Assembly (NCBI GenBank): GCA_038087875.1
Contig: JAXLNO010000370.1
Location: 1-36,098 of the forward strand
DNA from: Malacoraja senta
Lineage: Eukaryota
Reading direction: 5' to 3'
Length of the DNA: 36,098 nt
How positions within the stretch are numbered: the stretch's first letter is position 1; the number at the start of each line of letters is the position of its first letter. A program made the translations under genes and the position numbers. Below, piece after piece: positions 35,203 through 36,098 of the stretch. The notes below the pieces were generated by a model. That model was not told the DNA's origin. It did no database searches and was given only the letters and a program-made list of their open reading frames with translations.

Positions 35203-35941
35203 GTGGCCAATTAGGAAAAGGGGAGATGCAACGAGATCTGGGTGTCACGGTACACCAGTCATTGAAAGTAGGCATGCAGGTGCAGCAGACAGTGAAGAAA
35301 GCGAATGGTATGTTGGCATTCATAGCAAAAGGATTTGAGTATAAGAGCAGGGAGGTTCTACTGCAGTTGTACAGGGTCTTGGTGAGGCCACACAGTTTGC
35401 GTACAGTTTTGGTCACCAAATCTGAGGAAAGACATTCTTGCCATAGAGGGAGTACAGAGAAGGTTCACCAGACTGATTCCTGGGATGGCAGGACTTTCAT
35501 ATGAAGAAAGACTGGGTAGACTCGGCTTGTACTCACTAGAATTTAGAAGATTGAGGGGGATCTTATAGAAACTTACAAGATTCTTAAGGGGTTGGACAGG
35601 CTAGATGCAGGAAGATTGTTTCCGATGTTGGGGAAGTCCAGAACAAGGGGTCACAGTTTAAGGATAAGGGGGAAGTCTTTTAGGACCGAGATGAGAAAAT
35701 CATTTTTCACACAGAGAGAGGTGAATCTGTGGAATTCTCTGCCACAGAAGGTAGTTGAGGTCAGTTTATTGGCTATATTTAAGAGGGAGTTAGATGTGGC
35801 CCTTGTGGCTAAAGGGATCAGGGGGTATGGATAGAAGGCAAGTACAGGATACTGAGTTGGATGATCAGCCATGATCATATTGAATGGTGGTGCAGGCTCG
35901 AAGGGCCGAATGGCCTACTCCTGCACCTATTTTCTATGCTT
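35203..35941 (+). mobile_element. 5'-truncated CR1 LINE with frameshifts, nested in an opposite-strand CR1 tail
   Basis: ORFs 35148-35504 and 35592-35834 give QRDLGVTVHQSLKV...LYRVLVRPH and RTRGHSLRIRG...NLWNSLP. The host tail is split, with ctac on both sides (35199-35202 and 35942-35945). Confidence 0.9.
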
Positions 35942-36098
35942 CTACACTTGTCCCACCTGCCTGTGTTTGGCCCATGTCCTTCCAAACCTGTCTTATCCAT
36001 GTACCTCTCTAACTGTTTCTAAAACTTTGGGATGGTCCTTGGCTCAACTACCTCCTCTGGCATATTGTTCCATAACACCACCACACTGGTGTGAAAAA

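Overview
Vertebrate genomic DNA, most likely a cartilaginous fish (skate or ray type). That assignment is inferred from the dense HE1/V-SINE-like and HER1/CR1-like repeats. The + strand carries the 3' end of ABCC9 (SUR2, the KATP channel regulatory subunit). Three constitutive NBD2 exons (1491-1594, 8356-8489, 11707-11769) are followed by two alternative 45-codon terminal exons: a diverged but intact SUR2A-type exon (14296-14433) and a highly conserved SUR2B-type exon (18861-18998). The probable 3'UTR runs to tandem AATAAA signals at 22213-22223. Most remaining sequence is transposon-derived: tRNA-headed V-SINEs, CR1 and Rex1/Babar LINE 3' fragments, Penelope-like fold-back repeats with minimal hammerhead-ribozyme-like cores, two copies of a TIR MITE, one teleost-like L2-tailed SINE, and a 978-bp CpG-rich non-autonomous retroelement. 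Exon and TIR/TSD boundaries were counted exactly. Other repeat boundaries are approximate. Family names and comparisons to human proteins come from recall, not database searches.
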